64,000 nucleotides of DNA, from contig CAIOGM010000129.1 in assembly GCA_903857795.1 (NCBI GenBank), forward strand, positions 3,553-67,552. The letters run 5' to 3'. Below the pieces are notes generated by a model, which had not been told where the DNA came from, did not search any database, and was given only the letters and a program-made list of their open reading frames with translations. The translations under genes and the position numbers were made by a program. This document shows positions 10,131-18,800 of the stretch, piece by piece. The DNA comes from an uncultured Geobacter sp. Lineage in GTDB: Bacteria > Desulfobacterota > Desulfuromonadia > Geobacterales > CAIOGM01. Within the stretch, counting starts at the first letter, position 1. The number at the start of each line of letters is the position of its first letter.

Positions 10131-11096
10131 ATGAATGGTGAACGGATCGATCTTGCCGGGGTGACTACCTATCCTCTGGCGACCCGGAAGAACAAGGTAT
10201 CGTTGGGGCCGGACTTTGCCTCCCCCTTGCGTCCCGGCATGAGCGTCTCCCAGCTGCTGACGGCGCTCCCCGATCAGCTGGGGGGGCGGACCCTGCGCCG
10301 GATCATCGACGCGGTGGTGACTGCCCGGCAGAAGGGGAAGCCGGTGGTGATGGCCATGGGCGCCCACGTCATCAAGTGCGGGCTCCAGCCGGTGCTGAAG
10401 GGGCTCATTGAGGCGGACATCGTCACGGCGGTGGCCTTGAACGGCGCCGGGATCGTGCATGATTACGAGATCTCCCTCATCGGCGCCACCAGCGAGGATG
10501 TGGGGGCGGTGCTCCACGCGGGGACCTTCGGCATGGCCGAGGAGACCGGTCGCGACCTGAACCGGGCCATCCGTGAAGGGGTGGCAGACGGGCTCGGGCT
10601 GGGCGAGGCGGTGGGGCGGTTCATCATCGCCAACGGGAACCCGTACCGGGAGAAGAGCCTTATCGCCACCTGTGTGGCGCGGTCCATTCCGGTCACCGTG
10701 CATGTGGCCGTGGGGACCGATATCATCCATCAGCACCCCACCGCCGATGGCGGGGCTATCGGCGAGGCGAGCTTCCGTGACTTCCGGCAGCTGGCTGCCA
10801 CCGTCTCCCAACTGGGGGACGGCGGGGTCTACTTCAACATCGGCAGCGCCGTGCTTCTCCCGGAGGTCTTCCTCAAGGCGCTCTCCATCGCCCAGAACCT
10901 GGGGCATCACGTGGATCACTTCACCACGGTGAACATGGATATGCAGCAGCATTACCGCCCGCTCCAGAATGTGGTGCAGCGCCCCACCGCAGGAGAGAGT
11001 CGTGGCTACACCCTCACCGGTCACCACGAGATCATGCTGCCGCTACTGGCTGCCTGTCTTTTAGACGAGAAAAATGTTCTAGGTTCAAGGTTCTAA
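10131..11096 (+). CDS. deoxyhypusine-synthase-like (DHS-like NAD-binding fold) protein
   Basis: ATG at 10131 is preceded by aaggaagag. Segments GAHVIKCGLQPVLKGLIEADIVTAVALNGAGIVHDYE and SIPVTVHVAVGTDIIHQHP parallel the DHS core. The last codons and the TAA stop are built from the heptamer repeat array. Confidence 0.5.
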   Translation: MNGERIDLAGVTTYPLATRKNKVSLGPDFASPLRPGMSVSQLLTALPDQLGGRTLRRIIDAVVTARQKGKPVVMAMGAHVIKCGLQPVLKGLIEADIVTAVALNGAGIVHDYEISLIGATSEDVGAVLHAGTFGMAEETGRDLNRAIREGVADGLGLGEAVGRFIIANGNPYREKSLIATCVARSIPVTVHVAVGTDIIHQHPTADGGAIGEASFRDFRQLAATVSQLGDGGVYFNIGSAVLLPEVFLKALSIAQNLGHHVDHFTTVNMDMQQHYRPLQNVVQRPTAGESRGYTLTGHHEIMLPLLAACLLDEKNVLGSRF

Positions 11097-11138
11097 GTTC
11101 TAAGTTATAGGTTCTAAGTTTTGAGTTCTATGTTGCAT
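11076..11138. repeat. tandem heptamer array (9 x GTTCTAD)
   Basis: Read directly: GTTCTAG GTTCAAG GTTCTAA GTTCTAA GTTATAG GTTCTAA GTTTTGA GTTCTAT GTTGCAT. Confidence 0.9.
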
Positions 11139-11209
11139 ATTATATGTTTTGGATCCTGGTGTGCTGATTTTATTATCCTGTGGCTTATCTGTATTTATTG
11201 CGGAGTTAA

Positions 11210-11578
11210 TTGGTGAGGATAGACAGGTTCGAAGACATTGAATCTTGGAAGGAGGCACGGTTACTTGTACGTGACATCTACCGGCCTCTGCAGAGCTGTA
11301 AAGATTTCGGATTCAGGGATCAAGTCCAGCGAGCTTCGATATCAGTCATGGCAAATATTGCCGAAGGCTTCGATCGGGCCAGCAATCGAGAGTTTGTACA
11401 GTTTCTCGTCATCGCACGCGGATCTGTTTCAGAGGTCAAAAGTCTTTCCTATGCTGGATTAGACCTTGGATACTTTGACGAAGAAACATTTACTACAATA
11501 TCAGTTCGATGTGTAAAACTGATAAACCTCTTAAACGGGTTCATACGCTTTCTAAAATCAGCCGAGAGAAAAGGCTGA
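11210..11578 (+). CDS. four-helix-bundle protein (23S rRNA intervening-sequence protein / Avd family)
   Basis: 122 aa. Family-typical FEDIESWKEARLLVRDIY, RASISVMANIAEGF and IARGSVSEVKS. TTG/GTG start. Confidence 0.85.
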   Translation: MVRIDRFEDIESWKEARLLVRDIYRPLQSCKDFGFRDQVQRASISVMANIAEGFDRASNREFVQFLVIARGSVSEVKSLSYAGLDLGYFDEETFTTISVRCVKLINLLNGFIRFLKSAERKG

Positions 11579-11610
11579 GTCTGGAAAGAGAGAAGGCTGA
11601 TATTCATAGG

Positions 11611-11702
11611 CATAGAACTCCGAACCTAGAACATAGAACATATAACATATAACCTAGAACATAGAACCTAGAACCTAGAACCTAGAACATAGAACATAGA
11701 AC
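11611..11702. repeat. tandem heptamer array (13 x CMTAGAA), reverse complement of the 11076 array
   Basis: Read directly: CATAGAA CTCCGAA CCTAGAA CATAGAA CATATAA CATATAA CCTAGAA CATAGAA CCTAGAA CCTAGAA CCTAGAA CATAGAA CATAGAA C. Ends 9 nt before the hldE ATG. Confidence 0.9.
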
Positions 11703-11711
11703 CGAGGCCTT

Positions 11712-13187
11712 ATGGACCGTAAAGATATTGAATCACTCTTCACCCGTGCAGGGAGGATACAGGCTCTTGTGGTCGGCGACCTGATGCTGGACGAATATCT
11801 CTGGGGGAAGGCGGAACGGATCTCTCCCGAGGCGCCGGTGCAGGTGGTGGATGTGACCCGCGAAGACCTCCGCCTTGGGGGGGCCGGCAATGTGGTGAAC
11901 AACCTGGTCGCCCTGGGGTGCTGGGTGTCGGTGGCCAGCGTGGTGGGAGGGGATGAAAACGGCCTCCTGCTGCAGCAGACTCTTGCCGCCAAGGGGGTCG
12001 ATGTGGCCGGGTTGATGATCGATCCCCTGCGGCAGACCAGCCGGAAGACCCGGGTCATCGCGGCCCATCAGCAGATCGTCCGGATCGACCGGGAGAGCCG
12101 GGCGCCGCTCTCTCCCGACTGCGAGGAGCAGCTGATCGCCTTTCTCCGGGAACGGGGGGCGGAGTATCAGGTGATCCTCGTCTCTGACTACCTCAAGGGG
12201 GTGCTGACCCCCGGGGTGCTTCAGGCGCTCTTCACCGTCGGCCAGGAGCGGGGGATACCGGTGGTGGTGGATCCCAAGGGGGATGATTACGCCAAGTACC
12301 GGGGCGCCACCCTCCTGACCCCCAACCGCAAAGAAGCAGAGGCCGCCTCCGGGACAAGAATCTCCGGTCTGCTGGGGCTCGCCGACGCGGCGACGAAAAT
12401 TATCGCTCAGGCCGATCTGGCGGCGCTCCTCATCACCCGGAGCGAAGAGGGGATGTCGCTCTTCCGGCGAGACCAGGAGCCGCTCCATATCCCCACGGTG
12501 GCCCGGGAGGTCTTCGATGTCACCGGCGCCGGCGATACGGTACTGGCCGTTCTTGGCCTGGCTCTGGCCGGTGGGCTCTCCCGGGAGGAGGCGGCCATCC
12601 TGGCCAATGTGGCCGCCGGCATCGCGGTGAGCAAGCTGGGGACCTCCACCGTCTCCCCCGAGGAGATCATCGAGGAGAGCGGCCGTAGTCACCGTGACAG
12701 CAGCGTCAAGGTGAAAAATCTGGATGTCCTGGCGGCCATTGTCGGACGGGAGCGGGAGCGGGGAAGGAGGGTGGTCTTCACCAACGGCTGCTTCGACCTC
12801 CTCCACGCCGGCCATGTGAAGTATCTCCAGAAGGCCCGCAGTTTCGGTGATCTGTTAATCCTGGGGCTCAACAGCGACGCCTCGGTCCGGCGGCTCAAGG
12901 GGGAGAACCGCCCCCTCATCCACGAGGAGGAGCGGGCCCATCTCCTGGCTGCCCTGGACTGTATCGACTACGTGGTCCTCTTTGACGAGGAGACACCGCT
13001 CAGGCTCATCGAGACCCTGCTGCCTGACATCCTCGTGAAGGGGGGAGACTACAGCCGTGAAGGGGTGGTGGGGCATGAGCTGGTCGAGGCGGCCGGCGGC
13101 CGGGTGGAGCTGGTGACCTTCGTAGACGGAAAATCCACCACCGGGATCATCGAAAAGATCCTCAAGCTGTACGGCGGCCGGGAGTGA
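11712..13187 (+). CDS. hldE: bifunctional D-beta-D-heptose 7-phosphate kinase / D-beta-D-heptose 1-phosphate adenylyltransferase
   Basis: 491 aa. N-terminal pfkB-type sugar kinase (GGAGNV, DVTGAGDT) and C-terminal cytidylyltransferase domain (FTNGCFDLLHAGHVKYL). Confidence 0.92.
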   Translation: MDRKDIESLFTRAGRIQALVVGDLMLDEYLWGKAERISPEAPVQVVDVTREDLRLGGAGNVVNNLVALGCWVSVASVVGGDENGLLLQQTLAAKGVDVAGLMIDPLRQTSRKTRVIAAHQQIVRIDRESRAPLSPDCEEQLIAFLRERGAEYQVILVSDYLKGVLTPGVLQALFTVGQERGIPVVVDPKGDDYAKYRGATLLTPNRKEAEAASGTRISGLLGLADAATKIIAQADLAALLITRSEEGMSLFRRDQEPLHIPTVAREVFDVTGAGDTVLAVLGLALAGGLSREEAAILANVAAGIAVSKLGTSTVSPEEIIEESGRSHRDSSVKVKNLDVLAAIVGRERERGRRVVFTNGCFDLLHAGHVKYLQKARSFGDLLILGLNSDASVRRLKGENRPLIHEEERAHLLAALDCIDYVVLFDEETPLRLIETLLPDILVKGGDYSREGVVGHELVEAAGGRVELVTFVDGKSTTGIIEKILKLYGGRE

Positions 13188-13218
13188 GCTCCGCAGTCCG
13201 AATGCTGGGATTTATTCG

Positions 13219-13908
13219 ATGACCGAGGTCTGGCTTTCATTTCTGGCCGGTCTGGCCGGCAGTCCCCACTGCCTCGGGATGTGCGGCGGTATCGTGGCGG
13301 CCATCGCCCTCCATGGCCAAGTAGCGACCCCCGGCGGCCGGCGGCTCACCCTCCTGGTCTACAACCTGGGCCGGATCTCCACCTACACCCTCCTGGGGGC
13401 TGTCGCCGGTTTCCTTGGCGCCTCCCTGGATGTGCCGGGGATGAAGATGATCGCCATCTGGCTCTTCGTGGCGGCCAATCTCTGCGTCTTCCTGGTGGGG
13501 ATGGGGTCGCTCTTACGGCTCTCCTCGTTCTCTCTCTTTTCCCTGGAGTCGGCCGGAGGGCGGCTCTTCTCCGGGGTCTTGCGCTGGGCGGTGAGCGATA
13601 CCGGTTTCGTCCGGACGTTCGTCCTGGGGATGGTCCTGGGGCTTCTCCCCTGCGGGCTGGTCTACGCCCCGCTCATCGCCGCGGCAGCCGGCGGCGGCCC
13701 GGCAAAGGGCGCCGCCATGATGGCGGCCCTGGGGTTGGGCACCCTTCCCCTGCTCTTCTTCTTCGGCAGCGCCTCGGCGCTCCTCTCGACCCGGCTCCGG
13801 GGGAACCTCTCCCGGCTGGTGGGGCTCCTGGTGGCGCTCATCGGCTTCACCGGCCTCTGGCGAATCCTGGGGAAGATGGGGTACGTGGCGCCGTTCCCCT
13901 GGTGGTGA
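13219..13908 (+). CDS. DsbD_2 / TauE-like polytopic membrane protein
   Basis: 229 aa, about 6 TM segments, N-terminal SPHCLGMCGG motif typical of the DsbD_2 family. Confidence 0.6.
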   Translation: MTEVWLSFLAGLAGSPHCLGMCGGIVAAIALHGQVATPGGRRLTLLVYNLGRISTYTLLGAVAGFLGASLDVPGMKMIAIWLFVAANLCVFLVGMGSLLRLSSFSLFSLESAGGRLFSGVLRWAVSDTGFVRTFVLGMVLGLLPCGLVYAPLIAAAAGGGPAKGAAMMAALGLGTLPLLFFFGSASALLSTRLRGNLSRLVGLLVALIGFTGLWRILGKMGYVAPFPWW

Positions 13909-13936
13909 TCCATTATGTCTAAAAACTTCAATTGAA

Positions 13937-14084
13937 CCACGGAGGCACGGAGACACGGAGAAAATCTCAGAGAAAACCTGATTCGAGGTTTTAATCCCAA
14001 AGGTTTGACCAACCTTAAAAGCTACCTCAGTGTAACCATTCGAAACTGTGCGAGATTATCCTCAGTGTCTCCGTGTCTCTGTGG
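13937..14084. repeat. MITE-like element with 24-nt imperfect terminal inverted repeats
   Basis: CCACGGAGGCACGGAGACACGGAG (13937-13960) versus the reverse complement of CTCAGTGTCTCCGTGTCTCTGTGG (14061-14084): 3 mismatches, 100 nt apart. Related solo copies near 19427-19460 and 34219-34245. Confidence 0.55.
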
Positions 14085-14103
14085 TGGACTGCTTTTCCCA
14101 GGT

Positions 14104-15285
14104 TTAAAAGAGCGCCTCGATGAACTCCTGGGCGTCGAAGGGGCGCAGATCCTCTACACTTTCGCCGATCCCGATGTAGCGGATGGGGAGATCGAACTCC
14201 CGACGAATGGCCACCACGACCCCCCCCTTGGCGCTCCCGTCCAGCTTGGTGAGGACGATGCCGGTGACATCCGCTGCCTCCTTGAAGATCCGGGCCTGAC
14301 TCACGGCGTTCTGGCCGGTGGCCGCATCCAGGATCAGCATGGTCTCGTGGGGGGCGCCGGGGATCTCCCTGCCGATGATCCGGCGAATCTTCTTCAACTC
14401 CTCCATGAGATTCACCTTGGTATGGAGACGTCCTGCGGTATCCACCAGGAGGATGTCACTTTTTCTGGCCACCGCCGCCTTGCAGGCGTCGAACACCACC
14501 GCCGAAGGGTCTGAGCCGTCCTTCCCCCGGATCACATCCACCCCCACCCGTTCTCCCCAGATGACCAGTTGCTCCGATGCCGCGGCCCGGAAGGTATCCC
14601 CGGCCGCCAGGATGACGCTCTTCCCTTCAGCGCGAAACTTGCAGGCGAGTTTGCCTATTGTTGTGGTCTTCCCCACCCCGTTCACCCCGATGACGAGGAT
14701 GACGAAGGGGGAGTGACCGGAGGTCACCAGCGCCTGCTGCTTGTGGGAGAGACGGGCGATCAGCTCCTCCTTGAGTGCCCGCTTCAGGGTCTCACCGTCC
14801 TGGAGTTCGTTCCGTTTGAGCCGCTGCTCCAGGGTCCGGATCAGGTCCACCGTGGCCGGTACCCCCAGGTCGGCGGTGATGAGGATCTCTTCCAGCTCCT
14901 CCAGGGTGTCGGCGTCGATTTTTTTCTTCCCCAGGAGGAGGGTGTCGATCCGGCCGACCAGGCTTTCGGAGGTCTTGCTGAGCCCCCGTTTCAGCCGCTC
15001 GAAGAATCCGGGCTTCTTCTCCCCCCCTTCCGCCGGCTCAACGTCGCCGCCGAACAGCTTGGCGAAGAGTCCCCCCTTCTTCTCTTCTTCCGGGATAGGG
15101 GTCGCTGCCACCGGAACCGGGGGAGGGACCGGCGCCGCTGCCGCCGGGAGTTCCTCTACCGGGAGTACCGTGGCCGGAACTGTGGCTGTTTCCTCTGCCG
15201 GTTCCTGGGGGAGCTCGACAGGGCTCTCCTCTACGCCGGTGAATCGCTTCAGGAGTCCCCTGAAAAAACCTTTTTTTTCTTCCAT
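14104..15285 (-). CDS. ftsY: signal recognition particle receptor FtsY
   Basis: 393 aa with an acidic, Pro/Glu-rich N-terminal region and an SRP-GTPase core (GVNGVGKTTTIGKLA, DTAGR, TKLDG). Confidence 0.93.
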   Translation of the reverse strand: MEEKKGFFRGLLKRFTGVEESPVELPQEPAEETATVPATVLPVEELPAAAAPVPPPVPVAATPIPEEEKKGGLFAKLFGGDVEPAEGGEKKPGFFERLKRGLSKTSESLVGRIDTLLLGKKKIDADTLEELEEILITADLGVPATVDLIRTLEQRLKRNELQDGETLKRALKEELIARLSHKQQALVTSGHSPFVILVIGVNGVGKTTTIGKLACKFRAEGKSVILAAGDTFRAAASEQLVIWGERVGVDVIRGKDGSDPSAVVFDACKAAVARKSDILLVDTAGRLHTKVNLMEELKKIRRIIGREIPGAPHETMLILDAATGQNAVSQARIFKEAADVTGIVLTKLDGSAKGGVVVAIRREFDLPIRYIGIGESVEDLRPFDAQEFIEALF

Positions 15286-15647
15286 CAGCAGATCTCCTTG
15301 ATGAGTCGTTTTCTTGTCTCTCTGAATCGGTGGAGGGCGCGCCCCAGGAGCGTGTTCCGGTGGAGGGTCATGACCAGGGCGTACTCGATCCCCACTGGCC
15401 CGACCACGCAGCGCCCGCTCCCGGTGGTGACCACCAGCTCCTCCGGTGCCTCTTCCAGGAGTCGTCGGCTCATCTCCCGGGCCTGGCCGAGGATGATCCC
15501 CTGGTGGGCGGCCAGCAGTTTCAGCTCATACTCGTCAACTGCGGAGCAGACCAGCTCCACCGCCTCCCCTTCCCAATCCACCAGGATGGCGCCGGTGGCG
15601 CCGGGGGTGCTCTCCACCAGTTCCGTCAGCAGCTGTTTGAACGGCAT
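15285..15647 (-). CDS. roadblock/LC7 (MglB-like) domain protein
   Basis: About 120 aa from the ATG at 15647 (a longer ORF runs to 15680). Pattern LVESTPGATGAILVDWEGEAV .. LKLLAAHQG .. LVVTTGSGRCVV fits roadblock/LC7. Its stop overlaps the ftsY start by 1 nt. Confidence 0.55.
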   Translation of the reverse strand: MPFKQLLTELVESTPGATGAILVDWEGEAVELVCSAVDEYELKLLAAHQGIILGQAREMSRRLLEEAPEELVVTTGSGRCVVGPVGIEYALVMTLHRNTLLGRALHRFRETRKRLIKEIC

Positions 15648-15704
15648 TCTCTCTCCTTCCGGCACACTCCGCTTCGACAATTGCCCCCTAACCCTGTCTG
15701 GTTC

Positions 15705-15830
15705 GTAGGGGCGCTGCTTGCCGCGCCCAGATTACGTGAAAACCGGTCGCGGGAAATACGGGTGAAGCAAATACGGGCGCAGCAAAATACGGGCGCAGCA
15801 AAACATGGGCGCAGCAAGCAGCGCCCCTAC
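15705..15830. repeat. REP-like inverted repeat enclosing 16-17-nt tandem repeats
   Basis: GTAGGGGCGCTGCTTGCCGCGCCC (15705-15728) pairs with GGGCGCAGCAAGCAGCGCCCCTAC (15807-15830). Between them, 15754-15820 carries about 4 tandem copies of ATACGGGCGCAGCAAA. Confidence 0.7.
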
Positions 15831-15869
15831 AGGGCCGGGTGAGAGCCGGCGCACGCCGTACGCTTCCCC

Positions 15870-18800
15870 CTAATTCAACTTCACCGACACCATCTTGGAG
15901 ATTCCCGGATCCTCCATGGTGATCCCGTAGAGGGTGTCCGCCACCGCCATGGTTCCCTTGTTGTGGGTGATGACGATGAACTGGGAGATGGCGCTCATCT
16001 CCCGGACCATCTCGTTGAACCGGCCGATGTTGGCGTCGTCAAGGGGGGCGTCCACCTCGTCCAGGAGACAGAAAGGGGAGGGCTTGATGAGAAAGATGGC
16101 GAAGATGAGCGCCAGGGCGGTGAGCGCCTTCTCCCCCCCGGAGAGGAGGGTCACGTTCTGGAGTTTCTTCCCCGGCGGCTGGACGATGATGTCGATGCCG
16201 CTCTCCAGGAGATCCTCCTCGTTGGTCAGCCGGAGCTCGGCGTGGCCGCCGCAGAAGAGCCGGGGGAAGAGCTCCTGGAACTTGGCGTTGACCAGCTGAA
16301 AGGTCTCGAAGAACCGTTTGCGGGTGGTCCGGTTGATCTTCTGGATCGCCTGCTGGAGCCCGTTCAGCGACTCTTCCAGGTCGGACTTCTGGGAGGTGAG
16401 GAAGATGAACCGCTCCTCCAGCTCCCGGTGCTCCTCGATGGCGGTCAGGTTGACCTCCCCCATTTCGTCCACCTGCTGCTGCAGCTCGGCCTGGCGCCGC
16501 CGGCTCTCCCCCTCGTCCCAGACCCTCTCCCTCAGCAGGGGGATGAGCTCCCTGAGGTTCACCCGATAACGGTCGGCCATGGAGTGCTCCAGCTGCTCCA
16601 GCCTCAGGGTCAGTTCGGTGAGCGCCAGCTCCTTGGCGGCGACGACCCGGCGGAGCTCCTCGCAGGAGGAGCGGAGCGACTTCAGCGCCAGCTCCTCTCC
16701 CCGGAGGGTCTCGGCTTGGCGCTGATACCGCTCCCGGGCCGTCGAGAGCCGCGCCTCCAGGGTGGCGCTCTCCAGGAGAAGCCGCTTCAGCTGCCGGTCG
16801 TTCTCGGTCAGCTCCAGCTCCAGCCGGACCCGCTCCCCATCCCCCTCGGCAAGCTGCCGCCGGTGACCGGCAATCCGTCCCTCCTGATCGCGGAGCAGCT
16901 CTTCCAGCCGTTTGGTGGCCCGGCGGTTCGCCTCCCGCTTCTCCTTGAGGGAGGCGCTCCTCACCTTGAGGGTGGTGACGAGATCACGGGTCCCGGCCAG
17001 CTCTTCCTTGCGGGACTCCAGGAGCGTGCGGAGCTCTTCCCCCCGGAGCTCGATGAGCTGCTTCTCTCCTTCCCGTTTTTCCCTCCCCTGGGCCGAATCC
17101 TTGAGCTCCTGCTCCAGCGACTCCCGCTCCTCGGAGAGCTGGTCGTCTTCCACCTGCCGGACCGCCAGCCGCTCCTGGAGCCGTTGCTCTTCCTCCCGGG
17201 CCCGCTGAAGGTCCTTCTGGAGATTCACCAGCCGGAGCTCGGCCTGGTGTAGCTGCTGCCGGAGCTCTCGCCCCTCCTCCTCCGCCTCCCGCGTCTCCTG
17301 CTTCAGCCGGTCGCGGGACTCCTCCAGGGAGGCGATGGTGGCGGTCAGGTCGGCCACCTCCCGGGTGAGCTCCCGGATCTCCCGCTTCTTGGAGATGATG
17401 CCGGGGCCGGCCGTCTCCGGAGAGCCGCCGCTGACGATGCCGCCGCCGGTGACCAGATCTCCGGTGGGGGTGACGAAGCTGCAGCCGGGATACTCTTCCC
17501 CCTTTTTCAGGGCGCTCTCCAGGTCATCCGCCAGATAGAGCCCCGCAAGGAGCGGCCCCACCAGGGGGGAGAAGTCGGGGGTGATCGTCACCAGGGAGCG
17601 GAGTTCGATGCCATCACCGGGAACGTCGGTCGGAGCGGAGAGGAGAGGCGCCCCGAAGACGAAGGAGCCGCGCCCCCCCTTTCCCTGGCGGAGAAAAGCG
17701 ATGGCCTCCTGGGCGTCGATACTGTCACCGGTGATCAGGTACTGGAGCCGCTCCCCCAGGGCCGCCTCCAGGGCGGTCTCATGGGCCGCCGCCGTCTCCA
17801 CCAGGTCGGCCACCACCCCCCGGAACCGCCCGGAAAAGCGTTCCGCCCGGAGCAGGGTCTTCACCCCCTGGCCATAGCCGGCCAGGGAGCTCTCCAGCTC
17901 CCGGAGAGAGTGGAGTCGTGACGTGCGTCCGCTCAGGAGGTTTCGCTGTCGGTTGAGCTCCTGCTCGGTATCGTGGAAGTTACGCTTGAGGAGCGCCTCC
18001 TGCTCCTTCCCCTCCTCCAACCGGATTCGCAGCTCTTCCCGCAGCCGCTGCTGGTCGGCCAGCTCCCCCTCCAGCCCGGAGCAGCGGCTCAACGACTCCA
18101 CCAACCGCTCCTGGAGTTGGACGTTCTCCCGATGGTGGCGCTGGAACCGTTCCCCCAGGGAGTCCAGCCGACGGGTGGCGCCGCTCTGGGTGTTGTTGAG
18201 CTGAGCGATCTCCGAGAGGAGGTCGAAGAGCTCCCGGCGGCTCTCTTCCAGCCTGCGGGAGAGCCCCAGTTCGGTGCGGGTCAGCTCTTCCAGGTTCACC
18301 TCGGCCTCCTTTAGCCGGGAGTCGTCCGCCTCGATGTCGTTGTCGTACTCTCCCCGGTGGGTCGCCAGCCCCTCCTGTTCCCGGGCCGCCTCCTGTTTCT
18401 GCCGCTCCAGGGTGGTCAGCTCCTCCTCCAGGCGCACTTTGCGGCCGTCCAGGGCCGCGCGCTCTTTTCGCTGAAACTCCAGCCGGTTTTCCACCGCCTG
18501 GAGATCCCCCTTGATCCGGTACGCCTCCTCCTGGGCCGAGGTGACCTCCTGCTCCTCCTCCATGAGGGAGATCCGCCGCTCCTCAACTCTGAGCTCGCCG
18601 CTCTCCAGGGAGCTACTCATCCCGGTCAGTCGGCCGGACGCCTCGTCCAGCGCCCGGGCGGTGTCGTGGCGCTCCCCCTCCAGGAGTTCCCAGGAGCGGG
18701 CGGCAAAGAGCTGTTCGATCTCTTTCAGCTCCTCGCGGCAGCTCTTGAACTTTTCCGCCTTCTTCGCCTGGCGCTGGAGGCTGTTCACCTGCCGTTTGAT

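Noticed and set aside
11076-11702. Heptamer arrays as a CRISPR array, or the four-helix-bundle gene as part of a diversity-generating retroelement
   Set aside because: The repeat unit is only 7 nt and has no spacers, so this is not CRISPR. No reverse transcriptase and no template/variable repeat pair occur anywhere in the window, so a DGR is not supported.
10026-12815. Long antisense ORFs opposite the DHS-like gene (10026-11027) and hldE (11733-12815). Similar cases occur at 24866-26323, 28696-29904, 35370-36347, 36611-37657, 40026-42226, 50169-51467 and 55266-57744.
   Set aside because: Each is fully nested in a gene with clear family motifs on the other strand. Their translations are compositionally biased (Arg/Pro/Gly/His-rich), and no start or RBS context was seen.
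13281-13922. 213-aa ORF in an alternative frame of the DsbD_2-type membrane protein gene
   Set aside because: The product is Arg/Pro/Gly-rich nonsense, while the 13219-13908 frame gives clean TM helices and the HCLGMCGG motif.
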